Source: an uncultured Alphaproteobacteria bacterium
GTDB lineage: Bacteria > Pseudomonadota > Alphaproteobacteria > Rs-D84
Assembly: GCA_904502245.1 (NCBI GenBank)
Contig: CAJGDN010000001.1
Coordinates: 1 to 56,729 of the forward strand
Direction of reading: 5' to 3'
DNA: 56,729 nt
This document shows, piece by piece, positions 1 to 9,819 of this stretch (position 1 is the stretch's first letter; each line of letters starts with the position of its first letter). Made by a program: the position numbers and the translations under genes. The notes beneath the pieces are model-generated. The model was not told the origin of the DNA. It did no database searches and saw only the letters and a program-made list of their open reading frames with translations.

Positions 1-34
1 CCATAAAATTATGGCAATCTATAAATTCAACAAG

Positions 35-277
35 TTAACGAGTGTATTGGCGCATAATATTATTGCGTTGCAATTGCAGACGACGAGACACCTGATGACG
101 TTTTCTCATTTCTATCCATTCCCCATCAGTATCCATGATGGCAATACCACAGCTAGGTTCGTCGGTATCGGTACCTGCACAAGGTTCAACATCACCAGGC
201 TGTGAATCTGGATGGTCACACAGATATGCAATTGGGGCACCTTTCTTTAACTTGGTTAACAGCAAATATTTCAGCAT
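35..277 (-). CDS. hypothetical small acidic protein (80 aa, 3 Cys)
   Basis: ATG at 277 with AAAGGA about 9 nt upstream. ORF reads MLKYLLLTKLKKGAPIAYLCDHPDSQPGDVEPCAG... No family recognised. The overlapping + strand ORFs look non-coding. Confidence 0.35.
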   Translation of the reverse strand: MLKYLLLTKLKKGAPIAYLCDHPDSQPGDVEPCAGTDTDEPSCGIAIMDTDGEWIEMRKRHQVSRRLQLQRNNIMRQYTR

Positions 278-527
278 TATAGGTCCTTTTGGTTATGAAA
301 CCACTAATAGGGTTCGTAGGAAATGGTAGTCAGTATCCAATATGCAGTCAATCAGTAACATATTAATGTTTGAACATAAATTACTTGAAAAAACATATAG
401 ATATGTAACAATTAGTGTTGCCTGCGCAAAAAATCTGATTTAGCAGTATTGATTTTCTGACCAAGTAATAATAATTTCTGTATTTCTGTTCGCGAATTGC
501 ACAGATAGCGCAACCATAGTTTCCAAG

Positions 528-553
528 CTTGCCCATCGGGGCAGGTTTTTTTT
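528..553 (+). terminator. orphan intrinsic terminator (7-bp stem cttgccc/ggggcagg plus T8)
   Basis: Hairpin 528-545 followed by tttttttt. No convincing + strand ORF lies upstream, so it may end an sRNA. Confidence 0.5.
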
Positions 554-604
554 GTGTTTTTTTATTCCTGGGGTGAAACAAAATAAATGCCGTATGTGTT
601 GTAT

Positions 605-629
605 GAAAAAAAAGCCCCGAAAGGGGGCT
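605..629 (-). terminator. grpE intrinsic terminator
   Basis: On the minus strand: agcccc-cuuuc-ggggcu followed by a U-run (plus-strand A-run 605-612), immediately after the grpE stop. Confidence 0.7.
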
Positions 630-631
630 GT

Positions 632-1141
632 TTATTTTGCAACGATTACCATTGCGGTGCGTAGTATAGTGTCGCCATACATGTAACCGGGCTGCATTTC
701 GTCAACAATTGTATTTGGTTTTGCGTCTGGTGTGTCAATAACCTGGATTGCATTGTGATGCATTGGGTTTAACGTTTCACCAATTGATTTTATCTTTGTG
801 ATTCCAATTTGTTCAAATGCAGATTCTAGGGCGCGCGCCATAGATTGGATGCCTGCGTCAGCTGGACTGTGTTTTAATGCGGCATCTACTGCGTCCATAA
901 CAGGCAGAATTTTTTCTGCAACTGACATTGCGCGGTTGCGTGCGCGCGATTCTGCGTCTAGTGCTGCGCGACGGCGTGTATTTTCTAATTCGGCCGCCAG
1001 ACGCAGGTATTTATCATTCATTTCTGCCAATTGGGCGGTCATGTTTTCAATTTCTGGTGCGGTTGTAGGTTTTGGTGTTGCGTCATTTGCAACATCATCA
1101 ATCGATACTGATTCGACTTTTACTTCTTTTTCATCGTTCAT
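632..1141 (-). CDS. grpE: nucleotide exchange factor GrpE
   Basis: 169 aa. The coiled-coil LAAELENTRRRAALDAESRARNRAMSVAEKILPVMDAVDAAL and the C-terminal beta domain HNAIQVIDTPD...VDEMQPGYMYGDTILRTAMV are typical of GrpE. Confidence 0.9.
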   Translation of the reverse strand: MNDEKEVKVESVSIDDVANDATPKPTTAPEIENMTAQLAEMNDKYLRLAAELENTRRRAALDAESRARNRAMSVAEKILPVMDAVDAALKHSPADAGIQSMARALESAFEQIGITKIKSIGETLNPMHHNAIQVIDTPDAKPNTIVDEMQPGYMYGDTILRTAMVIVAK

Positions 1142-1171
1142 GATATTTCCCGTTTTTTATATACTATATAT

Positions 1172-1876
1172 TTATTTAACACTGGTTATTATAGGTATGA
1201 ACTCATCGCTTTTCAAGGATGCACCACCAACCAATACACCATCTACGTTTGGAATAGACATAATTTCGGCGGCGTTTGATCCCTTGACGGATGCGCCATA
1301 GAGAACGGGTGTGCCTGTCAAGCCCATATCTGTTAAGGTGTTTGCAATTAATGTGTGGGCAGTTGCGATTTCGTCGTGTGTTGGTGTCAGACCCGCGCCA
1401 ATTGCCCAGCGTGGTTCATATGCGATAATAATTGGTGATTTTGTGTCCAGGGGTATGGATTCGCGAACGCCAGATTCAATAATTGTCATTGTTTTGCCGG
1501 CTTGCTTTTCGTCCATGGTTTCGCCAACGCAAATAATTGGTGTTAATCCATTTGCCAGGGCTTGTTCAGCCTTGGTACGGACGGTATCATTCGTGTCGCC
1601 GTGGTATTGTCGACATTCGCTGTGCCCGATAATTGTATATTTTGCACCGGCATCAGCAACCATTTGTGCAGATACTTCGCCGGTGTACGCGCCGTGTGTG
1701 TGTTGACTGATGTCCTGGGCGCCGATCGCAATCTTGTCGGATTTAACGTTTAGCATAGTGTATGGAACGCACAAAATTATGGTATTTTCTGTGTTAATAG
1801 ATGATAATTCGTTAATCATATTTTCCAGATTGGTACGTGTACCATTCATCTTCCAGTTCCCTGCAATAATTTTCAT
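1172..1876 (-). CDS. tpiA: triosephosphate isomerase
   Basis: MKIIAGNWKMNGT start, IIGHSECR catalytic His, AYEPRWAIGAG catalytic Glu loop, GGASL phosphate loop. Confidence 0.93.
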   Translation of the reverse strand: MKIIAGNWKMNGTRTNLENMINELSSINTENTIILCVPYTMLNVKSDKIAIGAQDISQHTHGAYTGEVSAQMVADAGAKYTIIGHSECRQYHGDTNDTVRTKAEQALANGLTPIICVGETMDEKQAGKTMTIIESGVRESIPLDTKSPIIIAYEPRWAIGAGLTPTHDEIATAHTLIANTLTDMGLTGTPVLYGASVKGSNAAEIMSIPNVDGVLVGGASLKSDEFIPIITSVK

Positions 1877-1944
1877 TGTAATTTCCCCTTTTTTTATTGC
1901 TTTTTGTTATTTCGTTTTGCTATGGTAGCGCAAAAGGGGAACAA

Positions 1945-3357
1945 ATGCTAGAATATTTAAGAAATGCATCAGAAAAACCAATTGCAAAGGTTTTAATTGG
2001 AATTTTGTCATTCTCGTTCGTGGGATGGGGTGTTGCCGAATGGATTTTTGGCGGTGGCGCGATGGATACTGCGATGATGAATGTAGGTGGTTCTGATATA
2101 TCTGTACAGCAATTTAATTCACAAAAATCAAATGATTTGTCGTCTATGACGCGTGAACAGCAGCGTGAAATTTATACAGATTTGGCAATGCAAAGTGCAT
2201 TTAATGCCCAGGTTCTGCAAAAGGTTGTTACAAATCAAATGTTGGAAAACCGTGCCAATGATTTAGGATTTGTTGTCAGCGACAGACGAATCGCACGTGA
2301 AATTCGTGAATTTCCAGAATTTCAAGTGAATGGTACTTTTTCACCGCTGTTGTTTGATCGTGCATTAAGTAATTCTGGTTTGGGTGAGGCTGAGTTTGCA
2401 AATGCGATTCGTGACCAGGTGAAGCGTACAATGGTGTTGGCTGCGCCGGCGCAACCGATTAAGGTGCCAGATTTTGTTGTTAAGGCAGCATATAATTCGC
2501 GTTATGGTATGCGTGAAATTGAATATGCAACTGTGAAATATTCTGATTTTAATGTCGATACACCGACAGATGAACAATTGGCGGAATATTATAAGCAAAA
2601 TCCACAGACGTTGCCAGAAACACGTGCTGTATCATATGTGTTTGTTGAAACAGATATGGCACAACCGGATAAGTATGATGTGGGTTATGCGAATGCAATT
2701 AAAATTGAAGATGATATTATTGCAGGTGAATCTATGAAGGATGCGGCAAAAAAACATGGCGCAAAGTATGTCGCATTGGATGCATTTGCACGTGATAAAC
2801 GACCAGCAAATAAGATTTTGACAGATGCTATGGTTGCCAAGATTTTTGATATGGACGAAGGTTTGGAAAGCGAGATGATTGAAACCAAGGATGGTTTTTT
2901 ATTTCTGCGGGTTGAGAAAGTTAATCCTGCACATGTTGCGGAATTTGACGGTGTTAAAAAGTCTTTGATTGCAGATTGGAAAAAATCAGAGCAGAAAAAG
3001 CAGGCATATGTTCGTGCAAATGAATTGTTGGTTGATTTGAATCAAGGAAATGGTTTGAAAAATAAAAAGTCTGCCCGTGTGTCACGTATGTCGGGGGCGC
3101 CAACAGATGTTTTGGTTGCGGCATTTCGTGCCGGGATTGGTGCGAATTCTATTGTGCCAGGGGATGATGTGTTCTATGTTTTAAGTGTGCAGGATATAAT
3201 ACAGCCGACGATTGATGATAAAAAAATGACGGATTTGCGCAAGGATATGCAGGCAATGTCTGATCGTGGGCTTGTTGATGATTATGATGCTTTTTTAAAG
3301 CGAGAATACCCCGTCAAAGTTAATGAAAAAGTTTATAATCGTGTTTTTGCTAAATAA
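1945..3357 (+). CDS. ppiD: PpiD-like periplasmic chaperone (SurA_N plus degenerate parvulin domain)
   Basis: ATG at 1945 gives MLEYLRNASEKPIAKVLIGILSFSFVGWGVAEW, the typical PpiD N-terminus with TM anchor. It is divergent from tpiA, as in many alphaproteobacteria. The ORF-track start at 1897 is probably too early. Confidence 0.75.
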   Translation: MLEYLRNASEKPIAKVLIGILSFSFVGWGVAEWIFGGGAMDTAMMNVGGSDISVQQFNSQKSNDLSSMTREQQREIYTDLAMQSAFNAQVLQKVVTNQMLENRANDLGFVVSDRRIAREIREFPEFQVNGTFSPLLFDRALSNSGLGEAEFANAIRDQVKRTMVLAAPAQPIKVPDFVVKAAYNSRYGMREIEYATVKYSDFNVDTPTDEQLAEYYKQNPQTLPETRAVSYVFVETDMAQPDKYDVGYANAIKIEDDIIAGESMKDAAKKHGAKYVALDAFARDKRPANKILTDAMVAKIFDMDEGLESEMIETKDGFLFLRVEKVNPAHVAEFDGVKKSLIADWKKSEQKKQAYVRANELLVDLNQGNGLKNKKSARVSRMSGAPTDVLVAAFRAGIGANSIVPGDDVFYVLSVQDIIQPTIDDKKMTDLRKDMQAMSDRGLVDDYDAFLKREYPVKVNEKVYNRVFAK

Positions 3358-3365
3358 AAAGTCTT

Positions 3366-3390
3366 TCCCCCTATTTGGGGGATTTTTTTT
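3366..3390 (+). terminator. ppiD intrinsic terminator
   Basis: tccccc-tattt-ggggga followed by T8. Confidence 0.75.
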
Positions 3391-3723
3391 AGTTTTAAAG
3401 GCTTGTGTGGTTTATAACTGTAATATATTTAGTTTTTTTTCATAGATTCTATTTTTGTTGTTTTGGGGTGTTTAATCGCGTTCAAATAAATGTGTTTTCT
3501 GTGAAAAAAATAAATGCGGCGCAAAGTAAAAAAAATCCCGAAAAAGGTGTTTTGTTTTTGTGGTGCTGCAAGCTGGGCTTATATATTTCTCGTACAAAAT
3601 TAACCTAATGGCCAAAGTTCGTGGTGATTTTGTTGCTGTCTTTTATTTCATCAAGGGGGATTTTACGAGCCGGGTGATTCCCGCGGCACATCTTGTTTAG
3701 TATTGTTTTGTCTGTCCAAATTG

Positions 3724-3747
3724 AAAAAAATCCCCCAAAAAGGGGAT
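3724..3747 (-). terminator. terminator after tRNA-Leu(CAA)
   Basis: atcccc-caaaaa-ggggat hairpin. On the minus strand it is followed by a U-run (plus A-run 3724-3730). Confidence 0.6.
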
Positions 3748-3755
3748 TTAAATTC

Positions 3756-3840
3756 TGGTGGCCCTGGTCGGACTCGAACCGACACTCCTTGCAGAACTTG
3801 ATTTTGAGTCAAGCGCGTCTACCAATTCCGCCACGGGGCC
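3756..3840 (-). tRNA. tRNA-Leu(CAA), class II, CCA encoded
   Basis: Reverse complement is ggccccgTGgcggaattggtagacgcGcttgaCTCAAAAtcaag...gtcggttcgagtccgac-cagggcc-A-CCA. Anticodon loop CU-CAA-AA, long variable arm, GGTTCGAGTCC T-arm. One C:A mismatch at pair 6-67 of the acceptor stem. Confidence 0.87.
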
Positions 3841-3860
3841 AAAGCACAAACTGACTTAAA

Positions 3861-4229
3861 TTAAGCAGCCTGTTTTGCTTCAACTTTTTTGACCAAACGT
3901 GCACTGCGGTTTGCCTTGTGGACAGGTTTCTTTGCAGGTGCGGCTGGTTTGCCAGCTTTCTTTTCAATGGCTTTTTTAATAGCAGCCATTTCTTCGGTCA
4001 AACGTGATACAGGTTTTGACATTACATAACCGTCCAGACCACCATGCTTGGTCAATGTGCGCAAGCCAGCAGTTGAAATGCGTAATGAAAAATCACGTCC
4101 CAAAATATCACTGTGGAACTTTAATGTTTGCAGATTTGGCAAGAATGTACGTTTTGTACGACGATGAGAGTGGGAAACATTCATCCCAACTTCTGTTTTC
4201 TTACCTGTAACTTTACATACACGTGGCAT
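3861..4229 (-). CDS. rpmB: 50S ribosomal protein L28 with long basic C-terminal extension
   Basis: MPRVCKVTGKKTEVGMNVSHSHRRTKRTFLPNLQ is the L28 signature. The GGLDGYV segment and Lys/Ala-rich tail resemble alphaproteobacterial L28. Confidence 0.9.
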   Translation of the reverse strand: MPRVCKVTGKKTEVGMNVSHSHRRTKRTFLPNLQTLKFHSDILGRDFSLRISTAGLRTLTKHGGLDGYVMSKPVSRLTEEMAAIKKAIEKKAGKPAAPAKKPVHKANRSARLVKKVEAKQAA

Positions 4230-4314
4230 AATACTTAACCTTTAATTAATAGCGTGGCTAAATTTATAACAAATTAATACAAAAGTCAAGCAATCTTTTC
4301 ATTTTTTTGTTCTT

Positions 4315-5739
4315 TTATATGTGTGATGGTTTTATTAGATCGGTTATCACCTTGACAGGGGTGAAGGTTGACAGTGGCGTTTCAACAAAAATTGTGTTCC
4401 ATTTTGCCATTGCTCCATTCCATAGACCCGGGCGTTCCATCGCACGTAATGGGTGACCGTTCTTGGATTTTTCTGCAATAAAACCAGTTGTTAAATCAAC
4501 AAAGTCATTCAGGTTAAATTTATTGCCGTTAATATCACGTGGCATGCAGACAATATCTGTTGGACTGAAAAATTCACCATTATGCAAAATATGTTTTTTA
4601 TCATCCGAAATTTGGCCAGGTTCAACAATTTGCAAACTAATCCGGCCATTGGTGTCACGTGTCCAAAATGGACCACCACCAGGTTCGCCGGTGTTTTTGA
4701 TAATGCCGCATACGCGCAATGGACGATTTAATATTTCGCGCAGGTTGTCATTTTCGGTTGTTTGAATCCCCAGGTTTTTATTTATATATCTTCTGATTTC
4801 ATCCATGTTTGCTGTGCCATTGTCGATTGCACGGATATAATCAAATATTTGTTTCTGGGTTTTTATAGCCAAGCCGGCCAATGCCTGTTTGTGAATAATT
4901 GTGTCGCCACGTGCATGTTCGGGGCATACGTTGTCTATATTCTTGATAAATATAATGTCTGCATCAATATCGTCCAGGTTTTCAATCAATGCGCCATGAC
5001 CCGCGGGGCGGAACAGTAATGTGCCGTCGTCGTTTCTGAATGGCGTATTGTCCATGTTGACAGCGATTGTGTCTGTTTGTTTCTTTTGGCAAGACATGGA
5101 AATGTTGAATTTTATCCCAAATTCCGATTCGTATGTTGGGACAATTCTGCTGAACAATTCTTGGAATCCAGATATGTGCTCAGGTGATACTGTAAAATGT
5201 ATGTTTACAGTGTTATTTGTGCGGGCGTATTGTGTTCCTTCGATTAGGTGTTCGGCCGCAGCAGTGCGATTGAACGTGGCGTATTTGTGGAATTGTATCA
5301 GACCCTTTGGGGCGTTCCCGTAATTTAGCCCGCGTTCTGTTACAATGCATTCAATTATATCGCGAGGGGTTGCGTTTATTGGTAAGTGTTGCTTTAAATC
5401 GTCATAAAACGCAAAATCTGTCAGGTTGTCCAGAACGGTTTGTGTCGTTTTATTTATTGTGCCGTTGGACAGATATTCAAACAGGTCTTTGAACATGCGG
5501 GTTGCTGCGCCGGATGCGGGGACAAACTTTACGATTTTGTAATTGTTGCAATTGGACAGATAATATTCTGCATACGATTCGTTCAGCATTGGCAGTACGC
5601 CATTGTTTATTGTTGCGGCGGACAATATGTCTGCAGATGGAAAACCGGTTTTGAAATTGGATATTTGCTGGTTTATCTGGTCGAGGGTTAAACCGTGTTC
5701 ATTGATTTGCTGAATATCGCGTGGGGTAAAATCTGGCAT
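4315..5739 (-). CDS. DUF4301-family protein (UDP-sugar pyrophosphorylase-like fold)
   Basis: The N-terminus FTPRDIQQINEHGLTLDQINQQISNFKTGFP matches my recollection of DUF4301. RPAGHGALIENL is a UDPGP-like motif. 474 aa. Confidence 0.6.
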   Translation of the reverse strand: MPDFTPRDIQQINEHGLTLDQINQQISNFKTGFPSADILSAATINNGVLPMLNESYAEYYLSNCNNYKIVKFVPASGAATRMFKDLFEYLSNGTINKTTQTVLDNLTDFAFYDDLKQHLPINATPRDIIECIVTERGLNYGNAPKGLIQFHKYATFNRTAAAEHLIEGTQYARTNNTVNIHFTVSPEHISGFQELFSRIVPTYESEFGIKFNISMSCQKKQTDTIAVNMDNTPFRNDDGTLLFRPAGHGALIENLDDIDADIIFIKNIDNVCPEHARGDTIIHKQALAGLAIKTQKQIFDYIRAIDNGTANMDEIRRYINKNLGIQTTENDNLREILNRPLRVCGIIKNTGEPGGGPFWTRDTNGRISLQIVEPGQISDDKKHILHNGEFFSPTDIVCMPRDINGNKFNLNDFVDLTTGFIAEKSKNGHPLRAMERPGLWNGAMAKWNTIFVETPLSTFTPVKVITDLIKPSHI

Positions 5740-5815
5740 ATTACATCCTTTTTTTATGATGATAGAACATATTTATTTGTGGTGCAAGTAGGGGCGGGGG
5801 GATTCGTTCCTGTGT

Positions 5816-5845
5816 CTTGAAAGGTGGGATTGTGGCACTATATAT
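5816..5845 (+). promoter_or_regulatory. candidate sigma-32-type heat-shock promoter of clpB
   Basis: CTTGAAA (5816-5822), about 15 nt spacer, then CTATATAT (5838-5845), located 35 nt upstream of the clpB ATG. It resembles CTTGAAA...CCCCATnT / CTTG-N17-CYTATnT. Confidence 0.35.
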
Positions 5846-5879
5846 GGTGTAACAGTAAAAATACATAAGGAGTTATTTG

Positions 5880-7937
5880 ATGAATCCAGATGATTTACAG
5901 GAAACACCGCAACAGGCAATCGAGAAGTATACAACTGATTTTACCAAGTTGGCGGCAGACGGTAAATTAGACCCAGTGATTGGGCGTGATGAAGAAATTC
6001 GTCGGTCAATTCAGGTGTTAAGTCGTCGTACAAAAAATAATCCGGTTTTAATTGGTAATCCGGGGGTGGGTAAGACTGCGATTGTTGAAGGGTTGGCGAA
6101 TCGTATTATATCGGGTGATGTGCCGGAAAATCTGCTGAAAAAACAGTTGTTAAGCCTGGATATGGGGGCGCTGATGGCGGGGGCGTCTTTTCGTGGGCAA
6201 TTTGAAGGACGTTTAAAGGCGATTTTAAAAGCGGTCAAGGAATCAGATGGCAAGATTATCTTGTTTATTGATGAGTTGCATACACTGGTCGGCGCAGGCA
6301 AGGGCGAAGGCAGTATGGATGCGGCAAACTTGTTAAAGCCAATGTTGGCGCGTGGTGAATTGCACTGTTTGGGGGCAACAACATTGGATGAATATCGTCA
6401 ATATATTGAAAAAGACCCGGCATTGGCACGTCGCTTTCAGCCGGTGTATGTTGATGAACCAACAGTTGATGATACGATTTCTATACTGCGTGGATTGAAA
6501 GAAAAGTACGAAGGGCATCATGGTGTGCGAATCGCTGATGCGGCGTTGGTGTCTGCGGTGAAATTATCGAATCGGTATATTACGGACAGATTCTTGCCAG
6601 ACAAAGCAATTGATCTGATTGATGAGGCGGCGGCGCGTGTTAGAATTGAAATTGCGTCAAAACCAGATAGGTTGGACGAAGTTGACAGACATTTGATGCA
6701 GTTGAAAATTGAACAACAGGCGTTGAAAAAAGAAAAAGACGAAGAGTCTAAAAAACGTCTGAAAGATCTGGAAAATATTATCGCCGGTGTTGAGGCGGAA
6801 TCAAAAACACTGACCGCGGATTGGCAGGCGGAACAGCAGAAAATGCGTGGACTGTCTGATGCGATGGCGGCATTAGATGTGGCCAAGGCAGAGGTCGCAA
6901 CTGCAATGCGAAATGGCGACTATGAAAAGGCGTCTGCGTTGCAATATGGTAAGATTCCAGAATTGGAAGAGAAAATTGCCAAGATGAATGCTGATGCACG
7001 TGAATATAAAACGGTATTGCCGGAACATATTGCCGCAGTTGTTAGCAAATGGACTGGTGTTCCTGCGGACAGATTAAACGCCGAAGAGCAGTCAAAGTTG
7101 ATGAATATAGAAGACGAATTGCGTAAGCGTGTTGTTGGTCAGGATCATGCGCTGGGGGTAATTGCACGTGCGATTCGTCGCAGTCGTGCAGGTTTGTCTG
7201 ACCCGCGCAGACCGATGGGCAGTTTTATGTTTTTGGGGCCAACAGGGGTTGGTAAGACCGAAGTGGCCAAGGCGTTGGCAGAATATCTGTTTAATGATGA
7301 TGCTGCCATGACACGAATTGATATGAGTGAATATATGGAACCACATTCTGTATCGCGTCTGATTGGCAGTCCCCCAGGGTATGTCGGATACGAACAGGGT
7401 GGGGTGCTGACGGAAAGTGTGCGTCGCAGACCGTATCAGGTTTTGTTGTTTGACGAAATTGAAAAGGCAAATCCGGATGTGTTTAATGTGTTCTTGCAGA
7501 TTCTGGATGATGGTCGCTTAACGGATGGTCAGGGGCATGTGGTGAACTTTACTAATACCATAATAATTATGACCAGCAATTTGCCAGATATGGAAGCGGT
7601 GAAAAAGAATTTTAGACCAGAATTTGTGAACCGTATTGATGAAATTGTATTCTTTAATCCGTTGGGCAAAGATGTTATGGCCGGGATTGTTAAGATTCAA
7701 TTGGGTGGTTTGCAAAAGCGTTTGAATGAACGCCGTATTGAGATGAATATTACAGACAAGGCAATCAAATGGTTGGGTGATAATGGATATGATGCGGTAT
7801 TCGGTGCGCGTCCATTGAAGCGTTTGATTGTGTCCGCGGTTGAGGATAAGATTGCGGATTTAATCTTGACCGGTTCGATCGGTGAAGGTAGTACTGTATA
7901 TATTGATGTCAAAGGTAAAGATTTGACTGTTGGTTAA
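5880..7937 (+). CDS. clpB: ClpB disaggregase lacking the N-terminal domain
   Basis: ATG at 5880 after AAGGAG. The alignment begins at the equivalent of about E. coli residue 150 ([30 protein letters not shown]). Two AAA+ modules ([16 protein letters not shown]), a coiled-coil middle domain, 685 aa. Confidence 0.9.
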   Translation: MNPDDLQETPQQAIEKYTTDFTKLAADGKLDPVIGRDEEIRRSIQVLSRRTKNNPVLIGNPGVGKTAIVEGLANRIISGDVPENLLKKQLLSLDMGALMAGASFRGQFEGRLKAILKAVKESDGKIILFIDELHTLVGAGKGEGSMDAANLLKPMLARGELHCLGATTLDEYRQYIEKDPALARRFQPVYVDEPTVDDTISILRGLKEKYEGHHGVRIADAALVSAVKLSNRYITDRFLPDKAIDLIDEAAARVRIEIASKPDRLDEVDRHLMQLKIEQQALKKEKDEESKKRLKDLENIIAGVEAESKTLTADWQAEQQKMRGLSDAMAALDVAKAEVATAMRNGDYEKASALQYGKIPELEEKIAKMNADAREYKTVLPEHIAAVVSKWTGVPADRLNAEEQSKLMNIEDELRKRVVGQDHALGVIARAIRRSRAGLSDPRRPMGSFMFLGPTGVGKTEVAKALAEYLFNDDAAMTRIDMSEYMEPHSVSRLIGSPPGYVGYEQGGVLTESVRRRPYQVLLFDEIEKANPDVFNVFLQILDDGRLTDGQGHVVNFTNTIIIMTSNLPDMEAVKKNFRPEFVNRIDEIVFFNPLGKDVMAGIVKIQLGGLQKRLNERRIEMNITDKAIKWLGDNGYDAVFGARPLKRLIVSAVEDKIADLILTGSIGEGSTVYIDVKGKDLTVG

Positions 7938-7941
7938 AAAA

Positions 7942-7963
7942 ACGCCCATTTGGGCGTTTTTTT
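7942..7963 (+). terminator. clpB intrinsic terminator
   Basis: acgccca-tt-tgggcgt followed by a T-run. Confidence 0.75.
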
Positions 7964-8039
7964 GATGTGTTTTTCTGCTTTACTAATTTTATGAAAAATC
8001 GTATAATAATAGAGATTAGAAGAAAGAAGGGATTTGCAG

Positions 8040-9560
8040 ATGAAAAATAAATCTTGTGTGGCGACATGGGTTGTTTCACGTATTTTAATGGTTGCGGGTG
8101 TTGCGACATTGGTTGCTTGTGCGCGTTCTGGTGATGAAATGATGCAGTATGCGGGGCCTGTTTCTACGCCAACAGTTGATTATGTTGAGGCGTTAGATGT
8201 TTATTCGGCACCACATCAGGATTCTTTCTTGAATCAATTGGCGATGAATTATCGGTCTTATGCGATTTATAATGCGCGAACCAGTGGTTATGCAGATATG
8301 GGTGAATTGTTTGCAAACAAGGCTGTTGCTGCATTCAGTGGTGAAGTGCCATTCCCGGAATCTTTGGATAATTGGCCGATCGAAAATGAAAAGGAAGCAT
8401 TTGAATTGCAGACCGCATATAACGATTTGATGGATCAGTTAAAGAATGATGCGTCCTATTTGAATCCAGAAATTGCAGCAGAAGCCCAGGCAAAATTTGA
8501 TTGCTGGTTGTCTGCGTCTGCCAGTGGGCAGGTTGCAACTGCGCAACAGTGTCGTGAAAGATTTTTGAAAACAATGGATGTGTTGCGTGAATGTGACAAA
8601 GGACAGGTTGTTAAGAAAATGTCCGTAACAGAAACAATCGTTGAAGAATTTTCAAGTGAAGCAAGTGATGCAGATACAAAACGTAGTGCAGGTAATTATT
8701 ATCCAGAAACGCGTTCGTTGCATGCAATGAACAAGGGGGTTAAGAATCGTGAGGGCGTCATAATTGTTAATAATGTTAATGTGCCAGAACATTTGATAAA
8801 TCCTGTTCCGGTTGAACCGGTGCAGCCGATTGTGTTCAATCAAAATATTTATGGTGGAGATAAGTCTTTTACAAACAGTCAGGCAGATAACAGTGTTAAT
8901 AACAGTAATAATAATCTGAGTGCAGATTTGCCAGATGAGGAACCAGTCGTGGAACCAGTGATTCCAGTTGTTTCTGATGAATTGGTGTCGCGTGAGGAAT
9001 TTGTTAATATGATGATGGCAATGCGTGAAGAATTAAAGGCGATTAATGCGCGCCTGGATATGATTCAGGCAGCACAGGGCGAAAAAACTATGATCAAGGT
9101 TCAGCAAATTCCATTGGAACCAAAACAGCATGTTATGGAAGAGGTTTTTGAAGTTCGTTTTGATTTTAACAAAGCAACAATTAAACCAGAATACCAGGAA
9201 TTGATTAAAAAATTAGCGTCCGCAACTCAAGAAAATAAGAATATTAAGGTTTCTGTTGTTGGACATACGGATACCGCGGGGACCAGTAATTATAACTATG
9301 CACTGGGTGGGCGTCGTGCCGAAGCGGTTCAGAAGATGCTGATTAAATACGGAATTCCTGCCAGTCAGATTGTCGCAGTGTCTGCGGGCGAAGAAGATTT
9401 AGCTGTTCCAACCCCAGATAATACGCCAAATGCGGCAAATCGTCGTGTTCGTGTAGTCAAAGAGATTCATTATACCGAAGAACCAAAGCCAATCCCGATG
9501 GAAATTCAGGTGGAAGAGGTTTCGATTGCTGAATGTGGTGATTATGGGTGCGAGCAGTAA
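8040..9560 (+). CDS. OmpA-family peptidoglycan-binding lipoprotein
   Basis: ATG at 8040 after AGAAGGGA. Lipobox LVAC. C-terminal OmpA_C domain FDFNKATIKPEY...VVGHTDTAGTSNYNYALGGRRAEAV...NRRVRVV. Confidence 0.8.
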   Translation: MKNKSCVATWVVSRILMVAGVATLVACARSGDEMMQYAGPVSTPTVDYVEALDVYSAPHQDSFLNQLAMNYRSYAIYNARTSGYADMGELFANKAVAAFSGEVPFPESLDNWPIENEKEAFELQTAYNDLMDQLKNDASYLNPEIAAEAQAKFDCWLSASASGQVATAQQCRERFLKTMDVLRECDKGQVVKKMSVTETIVEEFSSEASDADTKRSAGNYYPETRSLHAMNKGVKNREGVIIVNNVNVPEHLINPVPVEPVQPIVFNQNIYGGDKSFTNSQADNSVNNSNNNLSADLPDEEPVVEPVIPVVSDELVSREEFVNMMMAMREELKAINARLDMIQAAQGEKTMIKVQQIPLEPKQHVMEEVFEVRFDFNKATIKPEYQELIKKLASATQENKNIKVSVVGHTDTAGTSNYNYALGGRRAEAVQKMLIKYGIPASQIVAVSAGEEDLAVPTPDNTPNAANRRVRVVKEIHYTEEPKPIPMEIQVEEVSIAECGDYGCEQ

Positions 9561-9578
9561 AATATTTGTACAAAATAC

Positions 9579-9607
9579 TTGACAAAAAGTTTTTTGTTGT
9601 ATATATT
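9579..9607 (+). promoter_or_regulatory. sigma-70-like promoter TTGACA-17-TATATT
   Basis: TTGACA at 9579-9584, TATATT at 9602-9607, 17-nt spacer. Confidence 0.45.
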
Positions 9608-9647
9608 TGCTGTCGTCAGAGAGATGTTTTGATAAAGGGCATTTGAA

Positions 9648-9791
9648 ATGACTGATATGGTAAAAGATTTTAAGGTTGGCGCAATGAACCTGGAACAGGG
9701 AATGCGTGCACGTAGTTTTAAAAAAGGTGCAGAGGCAATTAATTTGAACCAAATTTTTGGGGCGCGCGGAATTAATTTTGGCGCTGAATAA
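9648..9791 (+). CDS. small ORF (47 aa), unknown function; alternatively a non-coding transcript
   Basis: MTDMVKDFKVGAMNLEQGMRARSFKKGAEAINLNQIFGARGINFGAE. It is bracketed by a consensus-like promoter and a strong terminator. It is below the 60-aa cutoff of the ORF track. The SD is weak (AAAGGG 14 nt upstream). Confidence 0.35.
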   Translation: MTDMVKDFKVGAMNLEQGMRARSFKKGAEAINLNQIFGARGINFGAE

Positions 9792-9819
9792 AAATAACAT
9801 TTATGCGTTGCAGGATTTT

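Noticed and set aside
3392-3723. 330-bp gap between ppiD and tRNA-Leu, including the 67-aa ORF 3405-3608 and a 30-aa ORF at 3609-3701
   Set aside because: The ORFs are Phe/Cys-rich or lack an SD, and I could find no convincing promoter/terminator pair or known RNA motif. The gap is left unannotated, but it would be worth including in an Rfam scan.
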